64,000 nt of DNA from Takakia lepidozioides. Taxonomy: Eukaryota; Plantae; Bryophyta. The position numbers and the translations under genes were made by a program. Location: assembly GCA_030704615.1 (NCBI GenBank), contig CM060732.1, positions 5,580,001 to 5,644,000 of the forward strand, written 5' to 3'. A model generated the notes under the pieces. It was not told the origin of the DNA, made no database searches, and saw only the letters and a program-made list of their open reading frames with translations. Positions within the stretch are counted from its first letter, which is position 1, and every line of letters begins with the position of its first letter. Of the stretch, positions 38,023 to 49,100 are shown piece by piece.

Positions 38023-41000
38023 CTAGGAATCTTCTGCCTCTTCTCCCCCACTTTCCTCAGCAGATTCCAAGACAAATCTACGAGCCCGACGGGCTCTAAT
38101 AGCTGTTGCCTCCTCCCTCATCTTCATTTTCTTGAGGCTTGCCTCGTCTAAAATCTGATGTACACGACTAGGTTCGGAACACCTCCTAATGGACACCGAA
38201 GCAAGTCGGGCAGCATAAGTAGGAAGGATGTAGTCCCTTTCCTGGACTAGGCATGAAATCCCCCCGGCAAAAAAATGCACGTTCCTCCTGCCCATGAACT
38301 CTCCGGTGTAGACGTCCCTCTTGCCGTACTTGGCATCCTACAGTAAGAACAAATCCACTTCAAGAATGTCAATACCAGCAGAAGCAGAAAGGTTTTTCAA
38401 TGAAATAAGAGAGCGAGGGAGGTGCCTCACGAAATCTGGAGGCAACTTACAATGCGACCACTCACTCGTACACCGGGGGCTCCTCGGCCTCGATCCCAAC
38501 TTGTTCCTCCCCCTGCTCCTTCTCGGATTTTTCCTCATCCTCCGAGGATGCCTCTTCCTCTTTCGGCAGACGTTCAGCCGCTACAAATTCCGAGTTGTGG
38601 AGGGCAGTATCTGGCTTGAAGGCGAACACATGCCTGTCGGACAACGTCCCTGCCCACATTGAAGCACCTGAGGAACAAAGCGGGCGGTTTATAGCTTGCG
38701 GCATGCAATTGCAATCGGGCCAGGGGACAAACTGAGCACGTGAAGGCTTACCCGTGCCGCATGTGAGGTCCAGAATCCGCCCTTGGACATCCGAGCACGT
38801 CTCCATGAGGGTTTGGATGAAAGCAGGGCTCCGGGTCCGGCTGTACCGCCACGGTTTGCCTGTCTTTGTGTCCTTCGGCATATTGGAGTGAGGCACATAG
38901 TTGTAGAGGACATCGTAGGTAACAGGGTCCACAGCGGCATCAACAAGACGACCGTCGTTGCGGAATTTGAACGTAGACCCTCTCTTCACAAAGCAATATG
39001 CCTCAAACACCAATGTCTGCACATCCAACAAAAGAGGGATCAACTCCGGATCTTGTTTAGATACACCACAATATGAGGTGAATGCAATAGATTGATAACT
39101 TACACTTTGGCCCTCTGTTCGCAACCCCTGTGTATTGATGCAGAACCATTTTCTGAGGAGGACCGGGGTGACACTTTTCGGTGTCCACCTTACCACCACA
39201 TTCTCTGTGGTCTTCCCTCTTGTGGCAAGGACAACCACACATCCACTGTCATCCAGAAGCATCCCCGCCAGCCCAAACCCGGCTTTCCAGTAGTCCTCAG
39301 TAAACCTGTTCCAGGTGGGCACACCATCCAGCCCTCCAGCAGCTCCCCATCTGGAATGTCAAGGAGAATCATGTCGCAAGCTCTCTCCACCTCAACCCCC
39401 CCCCCCCCCCCCCCCCCGAGTGCTCTTGCAATCCGTGCTCACAGCCGTGAAGAATTCCATCATGGCTTCAAAACCAGGGGTGTCTTTAGGCTCTGTACCG
39501 GCAGCCCTCTTCTTGGCTTTCCCCTTCTGCTCCGCCAGAGACTTGCTGTGTGCCACCTTCTTCGCCCTGGCAGCGAGAGCGTCAAGGAAGCTCTCATTGA
39601 CGCATTGGATGATGGTTGGAGGTTCTAGCTTTGGGCTGTGTGTAAACGTCACCGCCGAATACCGCCGTATAGGCTCGCCCTCAAATGCCAACTTCTTGGC
39701 AGAGCCAGTCCCACTCCGAACTGACTTGGGAACCCGGACGACCGGTGACTAGGTAGCAGCAACAGCAGTCGCAGGACCTTGAACAAAGTCGTCGTCCGAG
39801 TCACTCTCTTGGGTCCCCTCTTGCGCCTCCTCCGATGCCCCGATGGTTTTCTGTTTTTTGGGTGTTACTGCACTCACATGTTTCCTTGTCCTTTTCCTTT
39901 GGCCTTTATTCTTCTCATTCAATTTCTCCTGAATTCCTGCCTGAGCAAGCTCTACCGCTTTCCTGGAGTTCGCAAGCGTTTTTGCCTCTTTTGCACCCAG
40001 CGGAGGCAGCGGAGCCCGGTTTCGTCGGGCCTCAGCATCCAACTTCAATTGAAACTCGGATGGGTCGAGCATGCCGGGGGAAGGTCCACATACCAAGGGC
40101 AATCACGCAAATGTTCCAGATGCCACTCCTTCACAATATCGTCAGTGTACATGGAGTCAGCCCCAGGGTTCCTCCATGCCAGGAAGAATGGTGGCTCGAA
40201 AGACAGATGACCTTTCTCCAAAAGGGAGAACTTGCAGTACGTGCATTCATGAAAAACACAATGAGGTCCCTGAACTGCAAATTCGGCACCATTTTCCCAG
40301 GTTGGAGCGGATCTGAGTGGGCCTAGAAATGGAAAAATGGCGCCGAATTTCCAATTCAGGGCCAGCCACCCTACGGACTTAGCCATTTTCGGAGCCCTGA
40401 CTGGAAATTCGGCGCCATTTTCCCAGGTCCGGCCCGAAAATGGCGCTGTCCAGCGGCAATAGGGCCCAGAACTGGAAAAATGGCGCCGAATTTCCAGTTC
40501 AGGCCAGCCACCCTAGGGATATAGCCATTTTCGGAGCCCTGACTGGAAATTCGGCGCCATTTTCCCAGATCCGGCCCGAATATGGCTGTCCCACAAGGGC
40601 AATAGGGCTCAGAACTGGAAAAATGGCACCGAATTTCCAGTTCAGGGCCAGCCACCCTAGGGACTTAGCCATTTTCGGAGCCCTCACTGGAAATTCGGCG
40701 CCATTTTCCCAGGTCCGGCCCGAAAATGGCTAAGTCCCAGAACGGCAATAGGGCCCAGAACTGGAAAAATGGCGCCAAATTTCCAGTTCAGGGCCAGCCA
40801 CCCTAGGGCCTTAGCCATTTTCGGAGCCCTGACTGGAAATTCGGCGCCATTTTCTCAGGTCCGGCCCGAAAATGGCTAAGTCCCATATGGCATTGACCTG
40901 GAAAAATGGCGACGAATTTCCAGTTCAGGGCCAGCCACCCTAGGGACTTAGCCATTTTCGGAGCCCTGATCTGGAAATTCGGCGAAAAATGCAAGGACTG

Positions 41001-43662
41001 TAAGGAAGGCATCGCGTATGTACCTGTACCGAAGGCGCATTGCTGCTTTGTCCGCGTTCGGCTGGTCGGTGAACTCGTGGCTCCGGCGGGCATGTGGTAT
41101 CTCCCGAAAAAATAGGTCGGTTTTGTAGAGCAGAAAGTACCTCGTCACATAGTCGCGTAGGCTCTCTGCTGCAGGAGAAATCTCCATCTTGAACTGATGT
41201 GCTTGTGTGTCCAGCTGCTCTTGCGCATTCGTCGTCACCTGTGGAGATTCTCCATCAGATCGCATTGCTGAAAAAATACAATGAATCCACCCCCTACAAG
41301 AGTAGAAGCGCCAAACGAAGCGTGGGGAAGTACCTGAAACCACCATGTCATGCGTTCATCCACATGTCGAATGTGGGGTCAGACAGTTTGTCCAGTTTGG
41401 GGAAGCTCCACATGTCCCTTGTACTTTGGGAACCATTCCAGATTTGGAGCCACCGGGTCTGTCCAACCACCCAGCATATTCGTAAGCGCCAAACACCACA
41501 AAAACGAGTTGTTGCCACCACAATTTGGTTAAGAATGTATCACCTTTTCTGCACCATCCACACAGGATGTGGCTAGACGATGGAGCTTCTCCAATGTCAT
41601 CGTGGGCTTCAGAGCGCGGGAGTAGTGCTTCCCCACCTCCACCAGAAAGTCGGCACCAAGGGCGGGATCAGCTATGGCCACGTACTTTACCATCCGCGAC
41701 TTGTACTTTATGCGGGCCCTCACCTCCGCAGCTTTGAGATACGATTTGAGTGCCGGGAGGGTTAGATTCTTCTCCTCTGACTCCATGTAGAACCTCCGCG
41801 CATGTGCCAAATCCTGTTGAATTTTCGTCTGTCAAGAATGCGCACATAAGATTAGAGATCTTGCTCAACACTTTTTCTTCTATTGGGGGAGGAGAGACAG
41901 ATTAGCTCAACAAAACAGTCAGGAGCTTTACCCGAAATATGTAGTCCACCATGGCGTCCATGCTCAGCCTATACCAGGTTCTGTCTACCTTTGCCTCCGA
42001 CTTGCGCAGGAGGTCGGCACTGAGCGAATTGGCAAACTCTTGCACCCCCTGCTTCCCGACATCCTTAACTCGGAAGAGCATATGGGACAAATTGGTGGCA
42101 ATGAAGGCATTCTCAGTCACCCTGCAATGCCACATTTCCATCAAACAATTCTGAAATGGGAATTTACAACAAATATGAGGATTCGCAATGAAATGACTTA
42201 CAATTGGATGGGTCCGAAAGCAAGAGGCGTTGTAACTTACGAGTTGATGTCCGCCATTGCAGCTTTGAGAAGACTGCGATCTTTGGGCCCCGCAACCTTC
42301 AGCACAACACACTCCATGGCGAAATGCCAATCGAGGTCGTTGGGGTGGGCTTCGGCTATGTGCTCCATCCATGCCAGGAGGCGATGATTGTCGTCCCACA
42401 CGTAAAACATCTTTCCGGACAAGTGCTGGAAAAGAGGATCAGTAACAATCGATCTCTCGAACTCCTCATTTCGCCTTTGCCAATGGGGACCCCATTTGTC
42501 CACCTCATCGGAAGTGTGGGCACGGGAAGCTCCGTGGTCGTTCTCAATGGAAACGTAAAACGCGGCAGACCCCATTCGATATCCATCCCGGAAAGAGAAT
42601 TTCAGCTTGTCGATATCGCCTGGGAGGGCAGGTCTCACCACCTGCAAAGATACCAAGCGGCAAAGGGGAATTCGAAGCTTGGCCGGGTACACCATGCCCC
42701 CCAGCACCCTGCCAATGTTGCTGTGGGTTGCCTCCAACATCTTGGCAGCGGCCAACTTCATATCCGCCTCCGACAAGACGTCTGCTGCAGAGGGGTTCTC
42801 CGGCAGCCCACCAGGACCGCCAAATCCAGCCTGTATGCTGCGGGTTTGGGGCCTGGGGATGTCCGGGAGGATGTCATCCTGGTCAGAAAGCTCGGTGTCG
42901 TCCTCCTCAACATGGTGAACCACAGGCGAAACCACCTCGAGCACTCTCCCTGTCTCTACTGCCATCTCCCCGGCTTCACCTCGAACTTGCACAATCCGTG
43001 CTCTTTGTGGTGTTCTTTCCTCTCCTCCACTCTCCACCGTATGGGTAATTGCGGGGGCTGCTCTTGTCCGCGATGGTGTAACCGGTGTGTTACTACCTCT
43101 TTGTGGTGTCTTGGAGGGATCCACCATCTCTGTGCGTCCCTTGCTTACATTGGCATCTGTCATTTGGGCACCCCTGGCCTCTTCAGTGGCCTTTTCTCTT
43201 TCCTCCTGGCTAGCCTTCTGTCTCGCCTGTTCTTTTGCCCTCTCTTTTGCCCTCTCACGGGCTTTTTGTTTCTTACTAGGGCTAGCAGCAGGGGAGCCCT
43301 CCAGGATGACCACCTTTGATTGAGGAGAAGGAACACCCTCGCGCGCACTGCTCACTCCCCCCTCCACAGCCCGTGACGGCTCTCTCGCCGGGGATTGCAT
43401 GTGCTTAGCTTTTCTTCTTCTTTGCGTGGGCGGGCCCTACTTCATGTGCATCAACAACCTCCATTGCCGGATCTGCTGTCCTCACGTCCTCACGCCCTTC
43501 ACCTGCCATGCCGCCTGCACCAACCTCCCCAATGCCTATTCTGTCGTACCCTCGCTGCAGGTCCTCCCGTCCACCAACAAAGAGTTGAAGTTTTCCCTCT
43601 CGCCCCAAGTTGGGTGATTCAAACATGCGATGAGTTGGAGCGGTCGATGATACTACCAGCAT
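38023..43662 (-). pseudogene. Multi-exon gene encoding a ParB/Srx-like domain and a C-terminal beta-class N4C/N6A DNA methyltransferase-like domain
   Basis: ParB-like LRIPLCRLVSLQVVRPAL..DIDKLK..F..GY...FYVWDDNHRLLAW (42240-42700); MTase motif IV-like CDMILLDIPDG (~39346-39378), WRYSRTRSPAFIQTLMETCS, motif I RILDLTCGTG|GAS..AG..RHVFAFKPD (38610-38850); GT-AG introns at e.g. 42240-42122 and 38751-~38668; several stops and frameshifts. Confidence 0.7.
40288..40983. repeat. 696-bp block of about five ~143-bp fold-back units inserted in a coding exon, flanked by a 9-bp direct repeat aaattcggc
   Basis: aaattcggc at 40279-40287 and 40975-40983; gccagccaccct at 40361, 40503, 40647, 40793 and 40930. 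Confidence 0.85.
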
Positions 43663-44579
43663 GTCGGGCTCGTCGTCACTCTATCATTCCCAAAATCGTC
43701 AGAACCAACATCGGTGCCAAAACCAGCATCGCAACCACCATAGCAACAATCGTGGAACAACAATGAAAACAAAACAAGTTTAGGAAGTATGGAGTGCCAT
43801 GGAACAACAATGAAAACAAATCCAACCAATGCCTAAGAATGACATGCACAAGCAGCCTTCTCCAAAGCTGTCGGCTTTGCACACGCATTGCAAACTATCT
43901 AAGGTTCACTCAACCGGTAATATGAAACACGATGAACAAATGATCAGGAATTCCATAAGACGGGAAAACAGGGTGAAATGTTTTGAAGGCACTTCATCTT
44001 CTCAGCTCAGCATGGATTTCCTTAATTTTTAACCACTCAGACCTTGATCATTCTTCGCAACAGCTGCTGCTTTTGCAATGCAGCCATACGCTTCCAGCGA
44101 TGCCAGGATGAAGATGCAAAAACAAAGCGAAACAACAAAGCGAAAGCAAAAGCGAAAGCAGAAGTGGCTTGCCTCAGAGTAGTCGGCTTCAGTTGGCGCG
44201 GGTTGTGAGCAAGACACTGGAATCTCCTGCTGGAGCTTAAGTTTGGCCATGCGAGCGATTGGCCGTCGTCCGTAGTACAAAGCTTTCAACTTCCGCCGCG
44301 GTCTGGATGTGAGGTCTCTCTCAGGAGAGCCACGCCCTTCAGGCGGCATAAGTCCCAACCAAAATGGAAAAAGATCTCAGTTTTTTGGGGTACATGCCTC
44401 GAATAGAAGTTAATCCAAGATTAGCATCAGATTTAGGGTACGTATCGAGGAAGCCATGTGTCGCCAGCCCGAATAAAAACGGACGGCGGTGGACATTTAA
44501 TGCCCAACTACGCAATTAAATGTCGGATGAAGCCCTCCCTGTCGGATGAAATATGACGCAACTCGGCCCGGAATTTCCA

Positions 44580-45340
44580 ACGTAGAGGTAATTCGAAGCG
44601 CAGCAGAATAGAATTCCGGCGCCGGATTTCCATCCTGCAGGTAATTCGGAGCGCGGATGGATGGAAATCCGGCGCCGGATTTCCATCCGCCAGGTACGGC
44701 GGCGCGCAAAATTTCCGTCATGCAGGTAATTCGAAGAGCAGCAGGATGGAAATTCAGCGCCGAATTTCCATCCTGCCAAGGTAGGGCGTCGCGCGCGAAA
44801 TTTCCGCCACGCAGGTAATTCGGAGCCGGATTTCCATCTTGTCAGGTAGGGCGGCGCGCGAATTTTCCGCCACGCAGGTAATTCGGAGCGGATGGATGGA
44901 AATCCGGCGCCGGATTTCCATCTGCCAGGTTCGTCGGAGAGCGGATGGATGGAAATTCGGCGCCGGATTTCCATCCTGCCAGGTAGGGCGGCGCGCGAAA
45001 TTTCTGCCACGCAGGTAATTCGGAGCCGGATGGATGGAAATCCGGCGCCGGATTTCCATCCTGTCAGGTACGGCGGCGCGCAAAATTTCCGCCACGCAGG
45101 TAATTCGGAGCGGATGGATGAAAATCCGGTGCCGGATTTCCATCCGCCAGGTTGGTCGAAGATCGGGGGCGCCGGATTTCCATCTGCCAGGTTGGTCGGA
45201 GAGCGGATGGATGGAAATCCGGCGCCGAATTTCCATCTAGCAGGTAACTCAGATCGCTGGCGGATGGAAATTCGGCGCCGAATTTCCATTCGCCAGGTAA
45301 GTCGAAGCGCCGAATTACCTTCCTGCAGGTAATTCTGAGC
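44580..45340. repeat. Array of the 30-bp GGCGCC-centred palindrome with gcaggtaattcg linkers
   Basis: About 12 copies of ggatggaaat(t/c)cggcgccg(a/g)atttccatcc; homologous to 10860-11800. Confidence 0.9.
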
Positions 45341-45449
45341 GTGGCCGCTTGGTTTTTCGGAGAAAAACAAACTAAACTGTTAGTTTTGTGGCTGAAGTCC
45401 ACTTTTAGACACGTTTTTCATGGAATCCTTGACTGCTAGAGGGAAATCC

Positions 45450-46330
45450 GAACGGCCTCGGACGGAAATTCGGCGCCGTTTTTCCATCCTGGGAGGTTTT
45501 TATATCGTCCAGTTTTGGGCATCACCACCCGATCGGACTTCCTTTGTGGGGGCCCGGATGGAAATTCGGCGGCGAATTTCCATCCGGGGGATGGTCTCTG
45601 TCGGACAGGTGCCGGCCTCTACGCCCGAGGCGACTTCGTCCGGGCATCCCCTGTTGGATATTCGGTGCCGAATTTCCGTCCGGGGGTTGAAATGTGACGG
45701 CCAAGTGCCGGCCTCTCCCCCCTCCCCGACTGCATCCGAACCCCCCCCGCACGGAAATTCGGCGCCATTTTTCCATCTTGGGAGGTTTTTATATCGTCCA
45801 GTTTTGGGCCTCACCACCCGACCGGACTTCCTTTGAGGGGGCCCGGATGGAAATTCGGCGCCGTTTTCCCATCTGGGGAGGTTTTTATGTCGGCCAGTTT
45901 TCGGCCTGCCCCCACGACACGACTTCCTTTGGGGGGGCCCGGATGGAAATTTGGCGCCGAATCTCCATCCAGGGGATACTCTCTGTCGAACACACGCCGG
46001 CCTCTACGCCTGAGGCGACTTCATCCGGGCTTCCCCTGTTGGATATTCGGTGCCGAATTTCCGTCCGGGGGTTGTAATGTGAGGGCCAGGTGGCGGCCTT
46101 TCCCCCGAGCCGACTGCATCCGAACGGCCTCGGATGGAAATTATGTCGGCCAGTTTTCGGCCTAACCCCCCGACACGACTTCCTTTGGGGGGATCCGAAT
46201 GGAAATTCGGCGCTGAATTTCCATCCGGGGGTTGTTCTCTGTCGGACAGGTTCCGGCCTCTCTGCTTCATACGTGCGGCCCCTGTTGGATATTCGGTGCC
46301 GAATTTTCATCCGGGGGTAGTAATGTGACG
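45450..46330. repeat. Higher-order repeat built from variant palindromes (ggatattcggtgccgaatttcc, ggaaattcggcgccgttttccc)
   Basis: cctgttggatattcggtgccgaattt at ~45650, 46035 and 46281; ggaggtttttat..cagtttt recurs. Confidence 0.8.
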
Positions 46331-46614
46331 GCACGGTGCCGGCTTCTCCCCTTCAGCCGACATCATCCGGACGGCCCCCAACTTTCTGACTGCATACCGT
46401 TGGCAGTTATTGCGCAAAGACCAGGGGCCGCATTCCTGAGACAAGGTTCATTAACACTCTGACTGTGGATTTTTGAGATAGTTGGCTCCCTGGATTTGGA
46501 TCAGGCTTCGTCGCTCGGACAAATCGGCACCGCATTCCTTCCCATCGCTGCATCCCCCTTCTACCAGGGAGCTTGCCCGCACGCCATCCTAGGAGTCTTG
46601 TGTGCACATCTCCC

Positions 46615-49100
46615 ATGGCGGAAAACCCGAGCGCTACAGTGTACTGCCCTCCTCACGAGCATAGAGCTTCATTTCCGTGCAGAGGGGACATCTGCCGGGT
46701 GATAGAGAAATATCTGTGCGTTCGATACCACCTGAAACCGGGGTCGGTTTTTTTGGAGGAGGAAAGGAAGGACTCAAACGGCATTGTTGTCGAGAGTATT
46801 GTTGTGCTCCACGATGATTTCGGCGATGGCAGGGAATGGCGAATTCCACCATCGGACAGCGTCATATACAGGGCTGTTGGGGACTTCATTTGCCCGCCAA
46901 ATGCACCTTCTATCCTGGCGCCTTCCACGAAACAATCCGCGAATCAGAGAGTGGCTACCTCAAAGAGAGAAATCCGCAACGAAGTAAATCCAGAGCCGAA
47001 CCCATCCATGAAGACGAGCGAGAACCGGGTTGTTCACAACCTGTCCGACTCAGACGAGGTCATGGAAGTTCCGAGGTCGTCCTGGAGATCAGGCAAGTCC
47101 TCAATGGACGTCAGTGGACGAGGGTCATATTCCCAGCACGAGCACCGCAGTTCGATCTATTCTTGAAATTCTGCAAGGGCTTCACATGGAGGGACACCGC
47201 TCGGAGCTGGCCGGGCTGGACTACAGCAAGTTCGCAATTAAATCGGTTACATGCCTTCCCGCAGACGTCGACGGTAATATCTTCTTTGAGTTCCCTCCTC
47301 GGACGGACTACTCGAGGGCGTCCGGAATGTTGACAGATATGGATAGAAAACATGATGGTCATCCTTGGTGCGTCACCAAAACCACCAGCATGAAGATGCT
47401 CGATGGTGTGCGGGTGCGCTATGTTGTTTGTGCGGGCGCGTTGCGGTGTTTCTCCCCAACTTGCTTCCATTTTAAATCCAGAGCTTACAGGAACGAGACC
47501 GATTGGACAGGCACAGCTCATCAACCATTTCGTGCTCAGGAGAAGGTTCCGAACTCCACATTTAAGTGTGCGCATTGTAAAGAACCACCACACTGCATGT
47601 CTGTTTGTAATGCCAAGCAGTTCTATGTGTTGCACTGTTTCCCTGACCTCACCCGAGCTTGCATACACGTTGGTTCCCATTGTCACAAATTGGCGAGGGG
47701 GAACTCGCGGGAGGCTGCCCACGAGGCAGAGCAGCTCGTTCAGGAGGAGGTTAAGTTGAGACCGGGTGCCAAACCCAAATAGATACAGCTCCAAGCCGCC
47801 CATAAGATGGCCTTGGCCAGAATTATGTCGGAAGACGGCTCCGATAGAGTTCCTCTCGATGAGAAGGAAATGGAGGCATTTCTGGAGTCGGTGTCCCACG
47901 TATGTTCACCAAATGTCCGAAACCACATTGTCTCATGCAAACAGAAAATTGGGCGTGGCTCGGATATGCACTCCATTTTGGAGGTGAAGCGACGATGTGG
48001 ATATGACTACATTCATGGAAGTAGGTTTCCAGGACAAGGGACTGAGGCAGATCGTTGTTTCGTATTCAAAATGTCCACGTGTGGACGTGGCAGCGGCGTC
48101 GAACTGGTCGATAGGATGACGAGTGGGGACTTATCAAACAGTTGGGTCATGTTCGACCATATCAAGCGAATTACAAATCACCAGTGGGTGACAATGGGTG
48201 CACATGTCTACGACACCCACTGCAGGATGCTAATGACAATTGCTATTTGTGAGATGAAAGGAGAGGACACATAATCGGAGATGCTTCTTTTACAGGGAAT
48301 AAACGAACAGATGGCCAAGGCGGGATTGCCCCCTCCCAATTTCCGTGGTTTCATGGCGGACAACGCACAAGCAAATTGGGCTGCCATCCGAAGGGTGTAC
48401 GGGCAAGACCCCAATGTTCCCATGGAAGGCAAGGAGAGATCTTGTGGGTTCCATTTTCTGCAGAGCCTTTCGCAGTACACAACCAGGCTCGTGGCGCCAG
48501 ATTTCAGAGAGGAGCACCGTTCCATGTGTCTTGCGTGGAAGCGCGCTCCCACCTTGGATGATGCAAAGACACAGTTTGCATGTATACGGACTTGGTGGAC
48601 ATCGTCAGGTGCTGTAAGGAAATCAGACGAGGGAGCAATGGTCAGTTGGCTAGCATGGTGGCATTATTGATTCCTCCAGTTCAGCGACTATATGTTGCAC
48701 GAATTCGCGTCCCGTTGAATATTATTCTTGGCATTATTTGTAACTTGCTTGTAACCTCAACATGTGCTTGTGCAGGAAATGTGTCTCGACTCCGACACCG
48801 ACATGCCCACGATAAACATGGCCGAATCAGTGCATTCTTCCTGGCGTGCCTCCTCTGCGGCGCATCTGGTGGACATCCTCACTGCCACAACGGAGGACAT
48901 TGTGAGGTCAATTATGCAGCAATGCAGATACAACGAGTTCTTGAAAGGGAAACAATGGGGCTTGGGGCCGGACAGGTAGAAAATGCTGATGCGGACTGCC
49001 TCCAGATCGAAGAATCCTCGGAAGTGGGCGGCGGCCTTGCGAGAGGGCCTTCGGGACACGCCATTGCTTCGAAGAGGCCAACATTTGGAAGGAGATCGCC
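46615..49100 (+). pseudogene. Decayed GCM-like/MULE DDE transposase, paralogous to 15191-17877, 3'-truncated
   Basis: MDRKHDGHPWCVTKTT..VRYVVCAGALRC (GCM-like), TRACIHVGSHCH, MFDHIKR, FMADNAQAN, SCGFHF, WWTSSGA, NMAESVH; frameshift at ~47150 and stops at 47780, 48272, 48668 and 48977. Confidence 0.85.

Larger units (their letters stand above)
37666..49100. mobile_element. Large Mutator-like DNA transposon carrying a ParB-like/DNA-methyltransferase cargo gene and palindrome arrays; right end deleted
   Basis: Left terminus ggggggctgct shared with the derivative ending at 13226; divergent cargo gene (minus) and transposase (plus) separated by palindrome arrays. Confidence 0.65.

Noticed and set aside
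42204-43319. 371-aa plus-strand ORF
   Set aside because: Antisense shadow of the GC-rich ParB-like exon; no motifs
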